A stretch of DNA of 64,000 nt from Spirochaetia bacterium (lineage in GTDB: Bacteria > Spirochaetota > Spirochaetia > UBA9216). The stretch spans positions 1,376,001-1,440,000 of the forward strand of contig CAXXYH010000003.1 in NCBI GenBank assembly GCA_963677925.2. Reading direction: 5' to 3'. Positions 18,106-27,829 of the stretch are shown in pieces (position 1 is the first letter of the stretch; every line of letters begins with the position of its first letter). The position numbers and the translations under genes are program-made. The notes under the pieces are model-generated. The model did not search any database, was not told the origin of the DNA, and worked only from the letters and a program-made list of their open reading frames with translations.

Positions 18106-19374
18106 TTACTTCTTTGCTTCTTTTGCTTTTGCCCGTCTGTCATCAATTGATTCAAATAAAGCCTGCAGACGGGTTCTAACCTGTGCTTCATTGAAATAAC
18201 TCTGATCGGTATGATCCAGCTCAAGAACGATTGCAGGAATACCATATTCCTTCTCAACCATGGCGCACATATCATATGAGCCCATACCCCATGGACGGCA
18301 GGTATGCGGTGAGTGTATGATTACAGCATCAATCTGAAATCCTTCAATATACTTTCTTACCTGAGTTCTGAATTTTGTTTCAAAGTTTATAGAATAGCCG
18401 CTGTTGCTGAATTCGCATCCTTCTGAAAACAGCGGATCATCCGGATGCAGTCCATCCGGTGGATAGGCATCTTCGATATATTCGGAATCTCTTCCAAATC
18501 CATATGTACCGTTTACAAGAACCGCTCCGTTCTCATTGAAAATTCTTGCGAGCTTGCCGACTGCGTACCATGGAAAATTTCCACGCCACATAAGTCTGTA
18601 TTTTTCATTATCAGATACACCAATCCCCTTGCTTGCCCTGTCAATAACTTCTTCTGCAAAAGCTTTGTACATTTCTGCAGCAGACTTGTTTCTCATAGTC
18701 AGACTTGGAACCATTGCAACAGCGCCATCAATAAAACTGGCAGGTGCCGGAACAGCTTTTACAGTCTCAAGAATAAGTTTTCTCCAGATACCCATTTCTC
18801 TGATTTCATGGATATTTTCCTTAAGTCTGTCGTAGTCAAAGGGTCTGCCTGTTATCTCTTCAAGGAACTCAATAAATTCCTTGATCTGATCTCTGGTGTA
18901 ATGAGCATTATCTCTCAGCTGCTGAGGATCTGATTCATAGAGAAAGGGCATATCAAGTACGAATACAGGTACATTGAAAATCTTTCCGAGACAGTAGGAC
19001 CACTGCATCATACTCGGACAGGCGTTTCCAAGTACCAGAAAATCGGGTTTGGGAACCTGAAATCTTTCGGGAATATCAACACCGTCAACCATCATAAGAG
19101 CCTGACCGATATTAATTTTTGCATATGAACAGCACTCAACACCAAGACCGGCTGCCTTTGAGTAGTCCATGTAAATGTCCTGAAGCTGAGCAGAAGCAAT
19201 TCTTGCCGCAGTATTTTCAGCCAGAAAACAGCTGATACCATGAACATTCATTACTTCGTAGGGAGCTGGTCCCATACACCAGGCAACAGTGTCTGCTCTT
19301 TCTCTGAGGTCATCATAGAACTCGTCCATTATTTTATTAATAACTGTAGTTGCTTGTATTTTATTAATTGCCAT
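18106..19374 (-). CDS. 2-hydroxyacyl-CoA dehydratase/BCR family subunit (alpha, HgdA/FldB-like)
   Basis: AEN.AA, CCSYAKIN, PKPDFLV..NAC, HTCRPW, ELDH.D..Q..TRLQA; start taken at MAINKIQ (19374). Confidence 0.85.
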   Translation of the reverse strand: MAINKIQATTVINKIMDEFYDDLRERADTVAWCMGPAPYEVMNVHGISCFLAENTAARIASAQLQDIYMDYSKAAGLGVECCSYAKINIGQALMMVDGVDIPERFQVPKPDFLVLGNACPSMMQWSYCLGKIFNVPVFVLDMPFLYESDPQQLRDNAHYTRDQIKEFIEFLEEITGRPFDYDRLKENIHEIREMGIWRKLILETVKAVPAPASFIDGAVAMVPSLTMRNKSAAEMYKAFAEEVIDRASKGIGVSDNEKYRLMWRGNFPWYAVGKLARIFNENGAVLVNGTYGFGRDSEYIEDAYPPDGLHPDDPLFSEGCEFSNSGYSINFETKFRTQVRKYIEGFQIDAVIIHSPHTCRPWGMGSYDMCAMVEKEYGIPAIVLELDHTDQSYFNEAQVRTRLQALFESIDDRRAKAKEAKK

Positions 19375-19375
19375 C

Positions 19376-20548
19376 TTATACCGCCATATTCTCAGTAATA
19401 CTCTCAAAGAAACTTTGGAGTCTTGTTTTCACCTGTCCTGTCTGCTCATTTTCAATATCAATAAACAGGTCGAGATCCTTTTTACCCTGCTGAGTAAGCT
19501 GCCTGTGAGCAAGAAAGTAGGAATAGTAGTGAGGCTCACAGTTCTGAACCATGATATTTATAACTGCTGCTGCACCGGTATCTTCAAGCATCTTAAGCTG
19601 GTAATCACCCAGTGTACGATTTTCATACTTTGTCGGGCATACTGAAACCGGATTAAAATAAGCCTGAGCCAGGGCCTCCATCGGATCAAGATCAGTTTGA
19701 TACAATGTATTGAAATATCTTGAGCCTACGTAAAGATCATCATCAATAATGACACCTCCGGTGCTCTCAATTGACTCAAGTACATAATCCTTACAAATTT
19801 CACAAATACTTCCGCTTACAATTACAGGAACATCTTTTGATTTTTCAAACGAAGAAGCCTTTTCTTCAAGAAGTGTCAGCAGCTCCTTAAGAAGGCTGCT
19901 GTGCTCTGTCTTAGGCATACACATTGAGGCCTGTACTATTCTTGAGACATCAAGTCCGCTTAGAATTCCAGGATTTGCTCTTCTGATATCATACAGCTTG
20001 ATCATAAGAGACTTATTTTCATTATAAATCGCGATTGCCTTCTTTAAATCTTCATCACTGAATTCAGACCCTGCAATTTCGCTGATAATCCCTCTCATTT
20101 TTGCCATTTCACGGCGAGTAAAATCCTGTGTAAGGCCCCTCTCAAGCTCAGGAGGAAAGTACATAAACTGGACCTTTTTAACTTTATCAGTAATGTAAGG
20201 GATAAGATCACCAATCATTCTAATTTCATGACAGCAGTCCTTTATCATTAGACAATCTACGTAACTTAAGTCATCAGTTAAAGCCTGCTCTACCATACTG
20301 CGAACATATCCGCACATATGACTCTGAACGTGTGCATTTGCAGCTACAATTGGTTTATTCTGTTCAAGAAGAACCATTGGAATCATCCCTGCAGCTTCAA
20401 TAAGCGGCTCAGGAACATCCAGACCTGCACAGGAAACAACTTTTTTATTTGTTTTCTGTTTCCATTCACGCATTGTTGCGTGCGGATCTGCAGCAATGGA
20501 TGCGAACTTATCCAACATCTGCTGCAATCCAGTAGCGTTATCTGCCAT
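19376..20548 (-). CDS. 2-hydroxyacyl-CoA dehydratase/BCR family subunit (beta, HgdB/FldC-like)
   Basis: PEPLIEAAG, HMCGYVRS, DCC, DDLYVGSRYF, NCEPH, GQVKTRLQSF. Confidence 0.85.
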   Translation of the reverse strand: MADNATGLQQMLDKFASIAADPHATMREWKQKTNKKVVSCAGLDVPEPLIEAAGMIPMVLLEQNKPIVAANAHVQSHMCGYVRSMVEQALTDDLSYVDCLMIKDCCHEIRMIGDLIPYITDKVKKVQFMYFPPELERGLTQDFTRREMAKMRGIISEIAGSEFSDEDLKKAIAIYNENKSLMIKLYDIRRANPGILSGLDVSRIVQASMCMPKTEHSSLLKELLTLLEEKASSFEKSKDVPVIVSGSICEICKDYVLESIESTGGVIIDDDLYVGSRYFNTLYQTDLDPMEALAQAYFNPVSVCPTKYENRTLGDYQLKMLEDTGAAAVINIMVQNCEPHYYSYFLAHRQLTQQGKKDLDLFIDIENEQTGQVKTRLQSFFESITENMAV

Positions 20549-20559
20549 TATAATTTCTC

Positions 20560-21366
20560 CTATTCTACAATTTGGTTAATATGCTGTTTCAAGCCTCTTT
20601 CTTTTGCTGTAACAGCAGCTCCTAAAGCACCGATAATCTGAGGTTCCGGAGCTATCAGTAATTTTGTTTCAAGTAATTCTTCAAAAGCTTTAACAACCCC
20701 AAGATTTTTTGCTACTCCACCGCTCATAGCGATTGGTGCAGTCAGCCTGGCTTTTTTAACCAGAAGATAAACCCTTCGTGCAACAGCTGAATGAATTCCA
20801 GCCATAACATTTACAGGATTAGTCCCCTTCTTGGAAATCTGAGAGATTACCTCAGATTCTGCAAAAACTGTGCATATACTGCTGATGGGGAGAGCTTCAG
20901 TAGCTTCCAGAGAGCGTTTTCCCATTTCATTTACTGAAAGCCCCATGATTCCAGCCATGACATCCAGGAATCTTCCCGTACCGGCAGCACAGCGATCGTT
21001 CATAGCAAATGTAATGATACGTCCTGCTTCATCGATTGAAATGGCCTTGCTGTCCTGACCTCCGATGTCTATTACACCTCTGGCTTCGGGAAAGTAGTAG
21101 TTAATACCCTTTCCATGGCAACCAATTTCGGTCACCTGACCGTCAACAAATTCCAGCAGTTCACGTCCGTATCCTGTTGCAATTGAATAGTCAATGTCAT
21201 CCTGCGAATATCCAGCTTCATCAAGACACTGTTTCAAACACCTGTTAGCTGCATCTTCCGGTGCAAATCCCGTTAAAACAATGGAAGAGGAAAGAAGTTT
21301 TCCTTCCTCATCCAGTATTGCCACTTTTGTTGTTGTAGAACCTATATCAATTCCGACAAAAACCAC
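20560..21366 (-). CDS. ATP-dependent [4Fe-4S] dehydratase activator (HgdC/FldI/HadI-like)
   Basis: GIDIGSTTTK, ATGYGR, DIGGQDSK, MNDRCAAGTGRF, CTVFAESE; GTG start. Confidence 0.93.
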   Translation of the reverse strand: MVFVGIDIGSTTTKVAILDEEGKLLSSSIVLTGFAPEDAANRCLKQCLDEAGYSQDDIDYSIATGYGRELLEFVDGQVTEIGCHGKGINYYFPEARGVIDIGGQDSKAISIDEAGRIITFAMNDRCAAGTGRFLDVMAGIMGLSVNEMGKRSLEATEALPISSICTVFAESEVISQISKKGTNPVNVMAGIHSAVARRVYLLVKKARLTAPIAMSGGVAKNLGVVKAFEELLETKLLIAPEPQIIGALGAAVTAKERGLKQHINQIVE

Positions 21367-21395
21367 TTGCTATACCTACCTTATTGGGAATCAGA

Positions 21396-22637
21396 TTAAG
21401 CTCTGAACTGGTTGATTACACCAGCGTTTTCCCATGAATCAACTTCAGATTCATCGAAGCCGTATTCCTTTAAAATCTCTACAGTGTTCTCTCCCATTCT
21501 TGGGGCGTGCCTGTCAATTCTTGCAGGAGTATCGCTGAGGCTGAAAGGAAATCCCATACAGTAATTTTTTCCATAAGTGGGGTGCTCTACCTCAATAAAC
21601 ATCTGGGAGCCTCTTTTTGCTGTGTCCAGAACTGCTGTCCGGGGGCTGATAATTGGTGCATTCGGAACACCGGCTTTTGAAAGAATCACATCCCATTCAG
21701 CTGTTGTTTTCTGCATAAAGATTTCTCCGAAAACTCTATCGAGTTCAGGATGGTTTTCACGTCTTAAAGAATTAGTAGCGAAACGTTCATCAGGGCCCAT
21801 CTCAGGTACGCCAAGAGCTTTTGTAAGTTCCACCCACAGCTTCTGACTTCCGCATGTTATAAAAACCCAGCTGTCTTTTGTTTTGTAAGCCTGGCAGGGA
21901 ACCAGTTCAGGATGACCAAGCCCGGTAGGCTTAAAATCATAATCATCGTTTGCGAAAATAGGTCCTACATACTGCTGCAGATACTGCAGTGTTGAATTAA
22001 AAAGTGACACCATAACCTTCTGCCCCTTACCGGTGACTGATCGGTTATACAGAGCCATCATGATTGCCTCAGTACAGTTATGACATCCTGCTATATCGGA
22101 TATCGAAGGACCGGGTTTTGCTATGTGATCTTCATCAAGACCTGTACATGCAATGGTTCCGGCTCGTGCCTGAATTACAACGTCCATTCCCCCGTCCTTG
22201 GCGTTGGGGTGATCAGGCGGAAATGCTGTTATCTGAGCCCAAACAAGTTTTGGATTTACCTTATGAACTTCTTCATATCCGTATCCCATAGCTTCAATGG
22301 TTCCCGGGCGGAAATTACTTACCATGATGTCTGCTGTTTCAAGCATTTTCCAAATGACTTTTTTTCCAGCTTCACTTCGGTAATCTACACAGATACCTTC
22401 CTTGTTCCGGTTCATTGAAAGAAATGCATCACCGCCATGTATGGGCGCATCCTTTTCCATCCACTTGGTACTGTTGATTCCACGGGTGGCATCGCCTTTG
22501 ATACCTTCAACCTTTATGACTCTAGCGCCATAATCAGCAAGGATTGTAGTACATGCCGGGCCGGCAAGTGCTATGGTTAAATCTACAACAGTAATACCAT
22601 CAAGCGGTCTTCGGTTGCCTTCTGCTGAAACACTCAT
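21396..22637 (-). CDS. Class III (CaiB/BaiF) CoA-transferase
   Basis: PLDGITVVDL..AGP..LADYGARVIKVE, NRNK, NFRPG, GMD, APRMGE. Confidence 0.93.
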   Translation of the reverse strand: MSVSAEGNRRPLDGITVVDLTIALAGPACTTILADYGARVIKVEGIKGDATRGINSTKWMEKDAPIHGGDAFLSMNRNKEGICVDYRSEAGKKVIWKMLETADIMVSNFRPGTIEAMGYGYEEVHKVNPKLVWAQITAFPPDHPNAKDGGMDVVIQARAGTIACTGLDEDHIAKPGPSISDIAGCHNCTEAIMMALYNRSVTGKGQKVMVSLFNSTLQYLQQYVGPIFANDDYDFKPTGLGHPELVPCQAYKTKDSWVFITCGSQKLWVELTKALGVPEMGPDERFATNSLRRENHPELDRVFGEIFMQKTTAEWDVILSKAGVPNAPIISPRTAVLDTAKRGSQMFIEVEHPTYGKNYCMGFPFSLSDTPARIDRHAPRMGENTVEILKEYGFDESEVDSWENAGVINQFRA

Positions 22638-22706
22638 ATAGTTTCTCCTCCATTAGTAAAATTAGTTTTTGAAAAATAGATTGATTTATAAAAATCGTAT
22701 TAATGC

Positions 22707-23870
22707 CTAATTAATCAGACTGAAAATTCCTGCGGCACCCATACCTCCACCTATGCACATAGAGATGAGAGCATACTTGCCGTTATTGTCTTTAAGATAA
22801 TCCAGAGCTTTTTCGGTCAGAATGGTTCCCGTAGCACCCATAGGGTGACCAAGTGCCATGGCTCCGCCGTAAGGATTCACCTTTTCAGGATTCATCCCGA
22901 GTTCTCTAGTACAGGCTAATGCCTGAGAAGCAAAAGCCTCGTTAAGCTCGATTACATCCATCTGCTCCAGACTGAGACCAGTTTTTTTAAGAAGTTTAGG
23001 AATTGCATAAATCGGCCCCATTCCCATCAAGCTGGGGTCACAGCCTGCAACGGCAAAACCTTCAAACTTTGCTATTGGTTTCATTCCAAGCTCTTCCGCT
23101 TTCTTTCTTTCCATCACAACAGCATAGGCAGCAGCATCAGTCATCTGTGATGATGTAGCGGCAGTCACAAGGCCGTTTTCCCTGAATGGTGGATCCATTG
23201 ATGCCATCTTTTCCAGAGAGGTTCTGAGATTTCCTTCAGCGTCAGCAAGTATTCCATCGTCTTCAGAAATCCAGACACCCTGATCATTAGACATAGGAAT
23301 AATACTTGGAGAAAGTTTACCGGCCATCCGGGCTACAGAAGCCCTTCTGTGTGACTCCAAAGCCATCTCTTCCATTTCCGCTCTGGTAATTTTGTATTTA
23401 TCTGCTACTCTTTCTGCGGTTTCTCCCATAGACATTATTGCTGAGGGATAATTCTCTTTTATCCATGGATTAAGATACGGTTCCTGAAAAGGATCAAAGC
23501 AGTCAGTCATAAACTCAGCGCCGCCTGCAACAGCTATGTCATATTCACCGGCAATGATTGCATTTGAAGCAGCAGCTATAGTCTGCAGGCCTGAAGAGCA
23601 GAATCTGTTTACTGTCTGTGCAGGGATTTCTTCCGGCAGCTCTGCCCTATTGACAATAAGCCGGCTTACATTCATATCCATTTCCTTTAAAGGGAATGCA
23701 CAGCCTGTAAGAACATCACCGATTAATTCCGGACTCAACTGTGGAACTTTTTCCAGCACTCCTTTCAAAGTCATTGCTGCATAATTAATTGGATGGGTCT
23801 GACTGAAGCCGCCCTTCCTTGCCCTGCAGCAGGCACTTCTTCCGTATGCTACAATTACAGCTTCTCTCAT
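22707..23870 (-). CDS. Thiolase (acetyl-CoA C-acyltransferase)
   Basis: [37 protein letters not shown]. Confidence 0.95.
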   Translation of the reverse strand: MREAVIVAYGRSACCRARKGGFSQTHPINYAAMTLKGVLEKVPQLSPELIGDVLTGCAFPLKEMDMNVSRLIVNRAELPEEIPAQTVNRFCSSGLQTIAAASNAIIAGEYDIAVAGGAEFMTDCFDPFQEPYLNPWIKENYPSAIMSMGETAERVADKYKITRAEMEEMALESHRRASVARMAGKLSPSIIPMSNDQGVWISEDDGILADAEGNLRTSLEKMASMDPPFRENGLVTAATSSQMTDAAAYAVVMERKKAEELGMKPIAKFEGFAVAGCDPSLMGMGPIYAIPKLLKKTGLSLEQMDVIELNEAFASQALACTRELGMNPEKVNPYGGAMALGHPMGATGTILTEKALDYLKDNNGKYALISMCIGGGMGAAGIFSLIN

Positions 23871-23885
23871 TTTAAGTCTCCTAAT

Positions 23886-24737
23886 CTATTTGTAGTCGTA
23901 CCAGCCGCGTCCTGACTTTCTGCCGAAACGCCCGTCTTTAACCATTTCAGTGACAACTTCAGGACAGCTCCAGTCGGTGACCGGAAGACCTTCAAGGGAA
24001 TCACAAACATGAGTGAATGTATCAAGACCCGAAAGATCCATCATTTCGAATGGTCCGAGAGGATGGTTCAAACCGAGTTTCATTGCTGTGTCTATATCTT
24101 CAGCTGTTGCTATTCCGTCCGTATAACAGCGGAGAGCTTCTAGCACGAATGCAAAAAGACAGCGGTTAACAATAAAACCGGGTTCATCTTTTTTACATTC
24201 CACGGCTGTTTTCTTCATACCGGCGGCAGTCTCCTTAACCGTTTGAATTGTTTCATCACTGGTCGCTGTGCACCTGATCAACTCAACAAGTTTCATTACA
24301 GCCACTGGAAAGAAGAAATGCATTCCTACACAGCGTTCCTTGTGGTCACATCCTGACATTATTTCTTCAACCGACATCGAGGATGTGTTGGTGCAGAATA
24401 TGGCATCAGGCCTGCAGACTTCAGATAAGCCGTTGAAGATTTCCTGTTTCAGTTCAAGAACTTCGGGGGCTGCTTCAATAATGAGGTCACATTTACTCAT
24501 GTCAGATATTTCAGTAGTGCAGCTTATTCGTTCTAAAGTTTTTTCTGCTTCATCAGCATCCTGTTTACCGGCCGCTACTCTTTTCTCCATGGCTGCTTTC
24601 ATTTTCTGTACAGCATTACTGCAGAATTCAATTTTTATATCTCGTAAAACTACGTCGTAACCGGCCGAGGCTGCTATCTGAGCAATACCTGCGCCCATTT
24701 GTCCCGCTCCGATTACACCAATTGTTTTCACTATCAT
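23886..24737 (-). CDS. hbd: 3-hydroxyacyl-CoA (3-hydroxybutyryl-CoA-type) dehydrogenase
   Basis: GAGQMGAG, TNTSS, GMHFF.P, PGFIVNR, HPLGPF. Confidence 0.9.
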   Translation of the reverse strand: MIVKTIGVIGAGQMGAGIAQIAASAGYDVVLRDIKIEFCSNAVQKMKAAMEKRVAAGKQDADEAEKTLERISCTTEISDMSKCDLIIEAAPEVLELKQEIFNGLSEVCRPDAIFCTNTSSMSVEEIMSGCDHKERCVGMHFFFPVAVMKLVELIRCTATSDETIQTVKETAAGMKKTAVECKKDEPGFIVNRCLFAFVLEALRCYTDGIATAEDIDTAMKLGLNHPLGPFEMMDLSGLDTFTHVCDSLEGLPVTDWSCPEVVTEMVKDGRFGRKSGRGWYDYK

Positions 24738-24749
24738 TTAAGTGGCTCC

Positions 24750-25664
24750 TTAATTATGCTGAAAGATCGGTTTACGTTTTTCGAGCATAGCCCTCATACC
24801 CTCTTTCTGGTCATGGGTTTTAAAAAGCTCTGTAAACTCTACCGTCTCTCTTTCTTTACCGTAGGTCATGCCCTCTTTCACTGAAAAGTTGATTGTATTC
24901 TTTGCCGCGGCAACAGCTTTACCCGGCATCTGAATCAGTCTTGCAGCAACAGCTGAGGCCTTCTGACAAATAGCATCAGCCTCTGCAGCGGCAGCAGCAG
25001 ACTCACATTCACTGTAAAGAAGTTTCATCTTTTCTAAATTGCCGTTATTTTCACGTTTTGCAGATTCGAGTGAAGCCTTGGCTTCCGCAGACGCCTTATC
25101 CAGCTCGGAACTTCCTGGCTCGAACCAGTTTAATAACCCCATATCAAAAGCAGCTTTACCGCTGATTTTTTCATTAAGTAGAATTAATTGCTTAGCAATA
25201 GAAGGTCCCAGCAATGAAGCCGCACGAACGCAGCCGTTGGCTCCCGGGATTACACCAAGTCCGACTTCCGGAAACGACAATAAAGTTCTCGGACCGCCAA
25301 CCCTGAAATCACATGCCAAAGCAAGCTCAAAACCTCCTCCGAATGCAAAACCGCAAATTGCAGCTATAGTCGGAATCTGAAGATTTTCAATTTCATCATT
25401 TATTTTTATTGCAAGCTGACATACTTCGTGAGCCTTTACAGGATCTGCATCAACCATATCGGTGATATCAGCTCCGGCAGCAAAGGCTCTTGTTCCTGCT
25501 CCGCTTATGACAACAGCTCTTATTGATGAATCCTTTTTTATTTCCTGAATTGTGGAATAAAGAAGTTGATTCAATTCAAGATTCAGTGCATTGAGCTGAT
25601 GTGGTCGATTCAATAATATTTCTGCAATACCATCTGCTACTTCAAGCAGGACTAATGGCTCCAT
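24750..25664 (-). CDS. Enoyl-CoA hydratase/isomerase (crotonase family) with internal insertion
   Basis: LNRP..LNAL, AFAAGADI, GGGFELALACD, PEVGLGVIPG; extra Ala/Glu-rich segment. Confidence 0.9.
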   Translation of the reverse strand: MEPLVLLEVADGIAEILLNRPHQLNALNLELNQLLYSTIQEIKKDSSIRAVVISGAGTRAFAAGADITDMVDADPVKAHEVCQLAIKINDEIENLQIPTIAAICGFAFGGGFELALACDFRVGGPRTLLSFPEVGLGVIPGANGCVRAASLLGPSIAKQLILLNEKISGKAAFDMGLLNWFEPGSSELDKASAEAKASLESAKRENNGNLEKMKLLYSECESAAAAAEADAICQKASAVAARLIQMPGKAVAAAKNTINFSVKEGMTYGKERETVEFTELFKTHDQKEGMRAMLEKRKPIFQHN

Positions 25665-25720
25665 TCCTAACCTCAGTGTATTAATATTTAATTTTCAATT
25701 ATTTTTAAATTCAGAAATAA

Positions 25721-25746
25721 AGGCGGAGCCGGTTTACGGTCCGCCT
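25721..25746 (-). terminator. Intra-operon hairpin/terminator after the FadH-like gene
   Basis: AGGCGGA...TCCGCCT stem followed by TTTATTT on the minus strand. Confidence 0.6.
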
Positions 25747-25760
25747 ATTAATTTAATGTT

Positions 25761-27776
25761 CTAAGCTTTCATAACTGCTTCACGGGCATCAGCTATTGCA
25801 TCCATAGCTTTACGCGGCTTGCTGGAGTCGCCGATTTGAACAAGAACATTTGGAATCATAGTTTTTAATTTTTCTGCGAGATCATTTTCCGGCCTGGAAC
25901 CTATTGCAAGAACAACTGTGTCAGCAGGAATATTCTTGGTTGTTCCATCTTCTGTATTTTCTACTGTCACAGAATCTTTCTGTATCGAAACTACTTTTGA
26001 GTTTGTATGTCTCCATACTTTGAAGCGGCTTAGATTGCTCATAAATATCCACTTTGTTGAAGCACCGATATCTGCACCTATTTTCTTCTGCATTTCTACT
26101 ATCGCTACTTTTTTGCTTCCCTGAGTAATAAGTTCATATAATCTTTCAGGTGTTTCGGCTTTATAAAGCATAAGGAATTTCAAAACCTCAGCAGAGATAG
26201 TACCCTCTTCAGCAAGCATCAAGGCAGTTTCAACACCTACAGCACCGCCTCCGACAACAACTACATTCTTACCGGTGTTAACTTTTCCCCTTAAGACATC
26301 CCAGGCTGATACTACATTTGCACCTTCTTCGGTAGGAAACTTCGGAATTATTGGTGCGGCACCTGTGGCAATAACTACACGTTTAAAATATCCGCTTACG
26401 ACAGCTGCGTTAATTTCTTCTGCAATAGCTTCTTTGTTAAACTGAAATGAAACCCCGGCATCAAGACATTCTTCATACTGATTAACCGGAAGTTCGGCAA
26501 AGGCTTCTCTTCCGGGTGCTGCAGCTACCATATCCATCTGTCCGCCGAAAGTGCTTTTTCGTTCCCAGACTGTCACAGTAGATCCAGCCTTGGCAGCCCG
26601 CAGAGCGTATTCCATACCTGCGACTCCGGCTCCGATAACAAGTGTAGGTTCCGGAGTGTGATTATTTTCATCCATCTCTCTGCCTGCATCACTATTGGCA
26701 AGACAGCACAGAGGAGCGTTGGCAAAAATATTATCCATACAGCCCTGATTACATCCAACACATTGTCTGACAAGTTCAGGATGACCGACAGCCATCTTAT
26801 TTACCATTTCCGGGTCAGCAATAAATGCACGGCAGAATCCGATAAAGTCAGCATCGCCACGATCAAGGATTGCTGATGCGGTTTCAAAATTCATTCTGTT
26901 ACATGCATACACCGGCACTGAGACCTGCTCTTTAACCCTTTTTGCAAGGTAAGCGTATGCGCCGTTTGGTACATCCATAGTTACCTGCGGGACTGGAGTT
27001 TCATGCCATCCGCCGGTTATATTAAGAGCATCAACACCAAGCTTCTCAAGTTCTTTAGCAACACGGATACAATCATCATTATCATTTCCATTGCGGACAT
27101 AGTCGTTTCCGGCAAGTCTTACAGCAATAGGATAATCAGGTCCGACAGCATTTCTGACAGCCTGGAAAATTTCTCTAAGGAAAGTCATTCTTCCATCAAG
27201 GAATCCGCCGTATTTATCAGTTCTGAAGTTTGTTGCGGATGAAAGGAACTGTGCAATCAAATACCCGGCACTGCCGACAAGCTCGACACCATCAAAGCCG
27301 ACATCTTTTGCTCTCTTGGCTGCATCCGCAAAGTTCTTGATTATTTCTTCAATTTCTTCAATTTCAAGAGCTCTTGTTTTAGAGCGGCTGAATCCACAGA
27401 AAAACTCAGAAGGTGCTACAGGAGTCTCGCCGTTGTAAACGACCGGGTTTGAATAAGCACCTGCATGCCAGAGCTGTGGAAAAACTTTTCCTCCAGCTTC
27501 ATGAATAGCATCCACCAGGTCTTTCATTCCCGGCATGTTTGAATCACTCGAGAGCTGCATTACTCCGGCAGTTGTAACTCTTAAGGGATCTACACCTACC
27601 GCTCCAACAACCATAAGACCGACACCGCCGGCTGCTCTTTTTTTATAAAATTCAATAAGTCTTGGGGTGACATTACCTTCTTTCGTACAGTATGAAAGGT
27701 TAGCAGGGGTCATCACAAAACGGTTTTTCAATTCAAGATTCCCGATTTTACCGGGCTGTAATAAAGATTCGTACAT
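25761..27776 (-). CDS. FadH-like 2,4-dienoyl-CoA reductase / OYE-family FMN-FAD-[4Fe-4S] oxidoreductase
   Basis: QLWHAG, ELVGSAGYLIAQF, GGWHE, CVGCNQGC..C cluster motif, two GxG nucleotide-binding motifs. Confidence 0.88.
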   Translation of the reverse strand: MYESLLQPGKIGNLELKNRFVMTPANLSYCTKEGNVTPRLIEFYKKRAAGGVGLMVVGAVGVDPLRVTTAGVMQLSSDSNMPGMKDLVDAIHEAGGKVFPQLWHAGAYSNPVVYNGETPVAPSEFFCGFSRSKTRALEIEEIEEIIKNFADAAKRAKDVGFDGVELVGSAGYLIAQFLSSATNFRTDKYGGFLDGRMTFLREIFQAVRNAVGPDYPIAVRLAGNDYVRNGNDNDDCIRVAKELEKLGVDALNITGGWHETPVPQVTMDVPNGAYAYLAKRVKEQVSVPVYACNRMNFETASAILDRGDADFIGFCRAFIADPEMVNKMAVGHPELVRQCVGCNQGCMDNIFANAPLCCLANSDAGREMDENNHTPEPTLVIGAGVAGMEYALRAAKAGSTVTVWERKSTFGGQMDMVAAAPGREAFAELPVNQYEECLDAGVSFQFNKEAIAEEINAAVVSGYFKRVVIATGAAPIIPKFPTEEGANVVSAWDVLRGKVNTGKNVVVVGGGAVGVETALMLAEEGTISAEVLKFLMLYKAETPERLYELITQGSKKVAIVEMQKKIGADIGASTKWIFMSNLSRFKVWRHTNSKVVSIQKDSVTVENTEDGTTKNIPADTVVLAIGSRPENDLAEKLKTMIPNVLVQIGDSSKPRKAMDAIADAREAVMKA

Positions 27777-27829
27777 TATATTTCTAAGCTCCTTATTTCT
27801 ATTGGTTTATTTTCAATTCAGACAAATGC

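Noticed and set aside
18106-21366. Calling the module benzoyl-CoA reductase
   Set aside because: Only one activator-type gene and no aromatic CoA ligase or ring-hydrolase recognisable in the operon; kept only as an alternative
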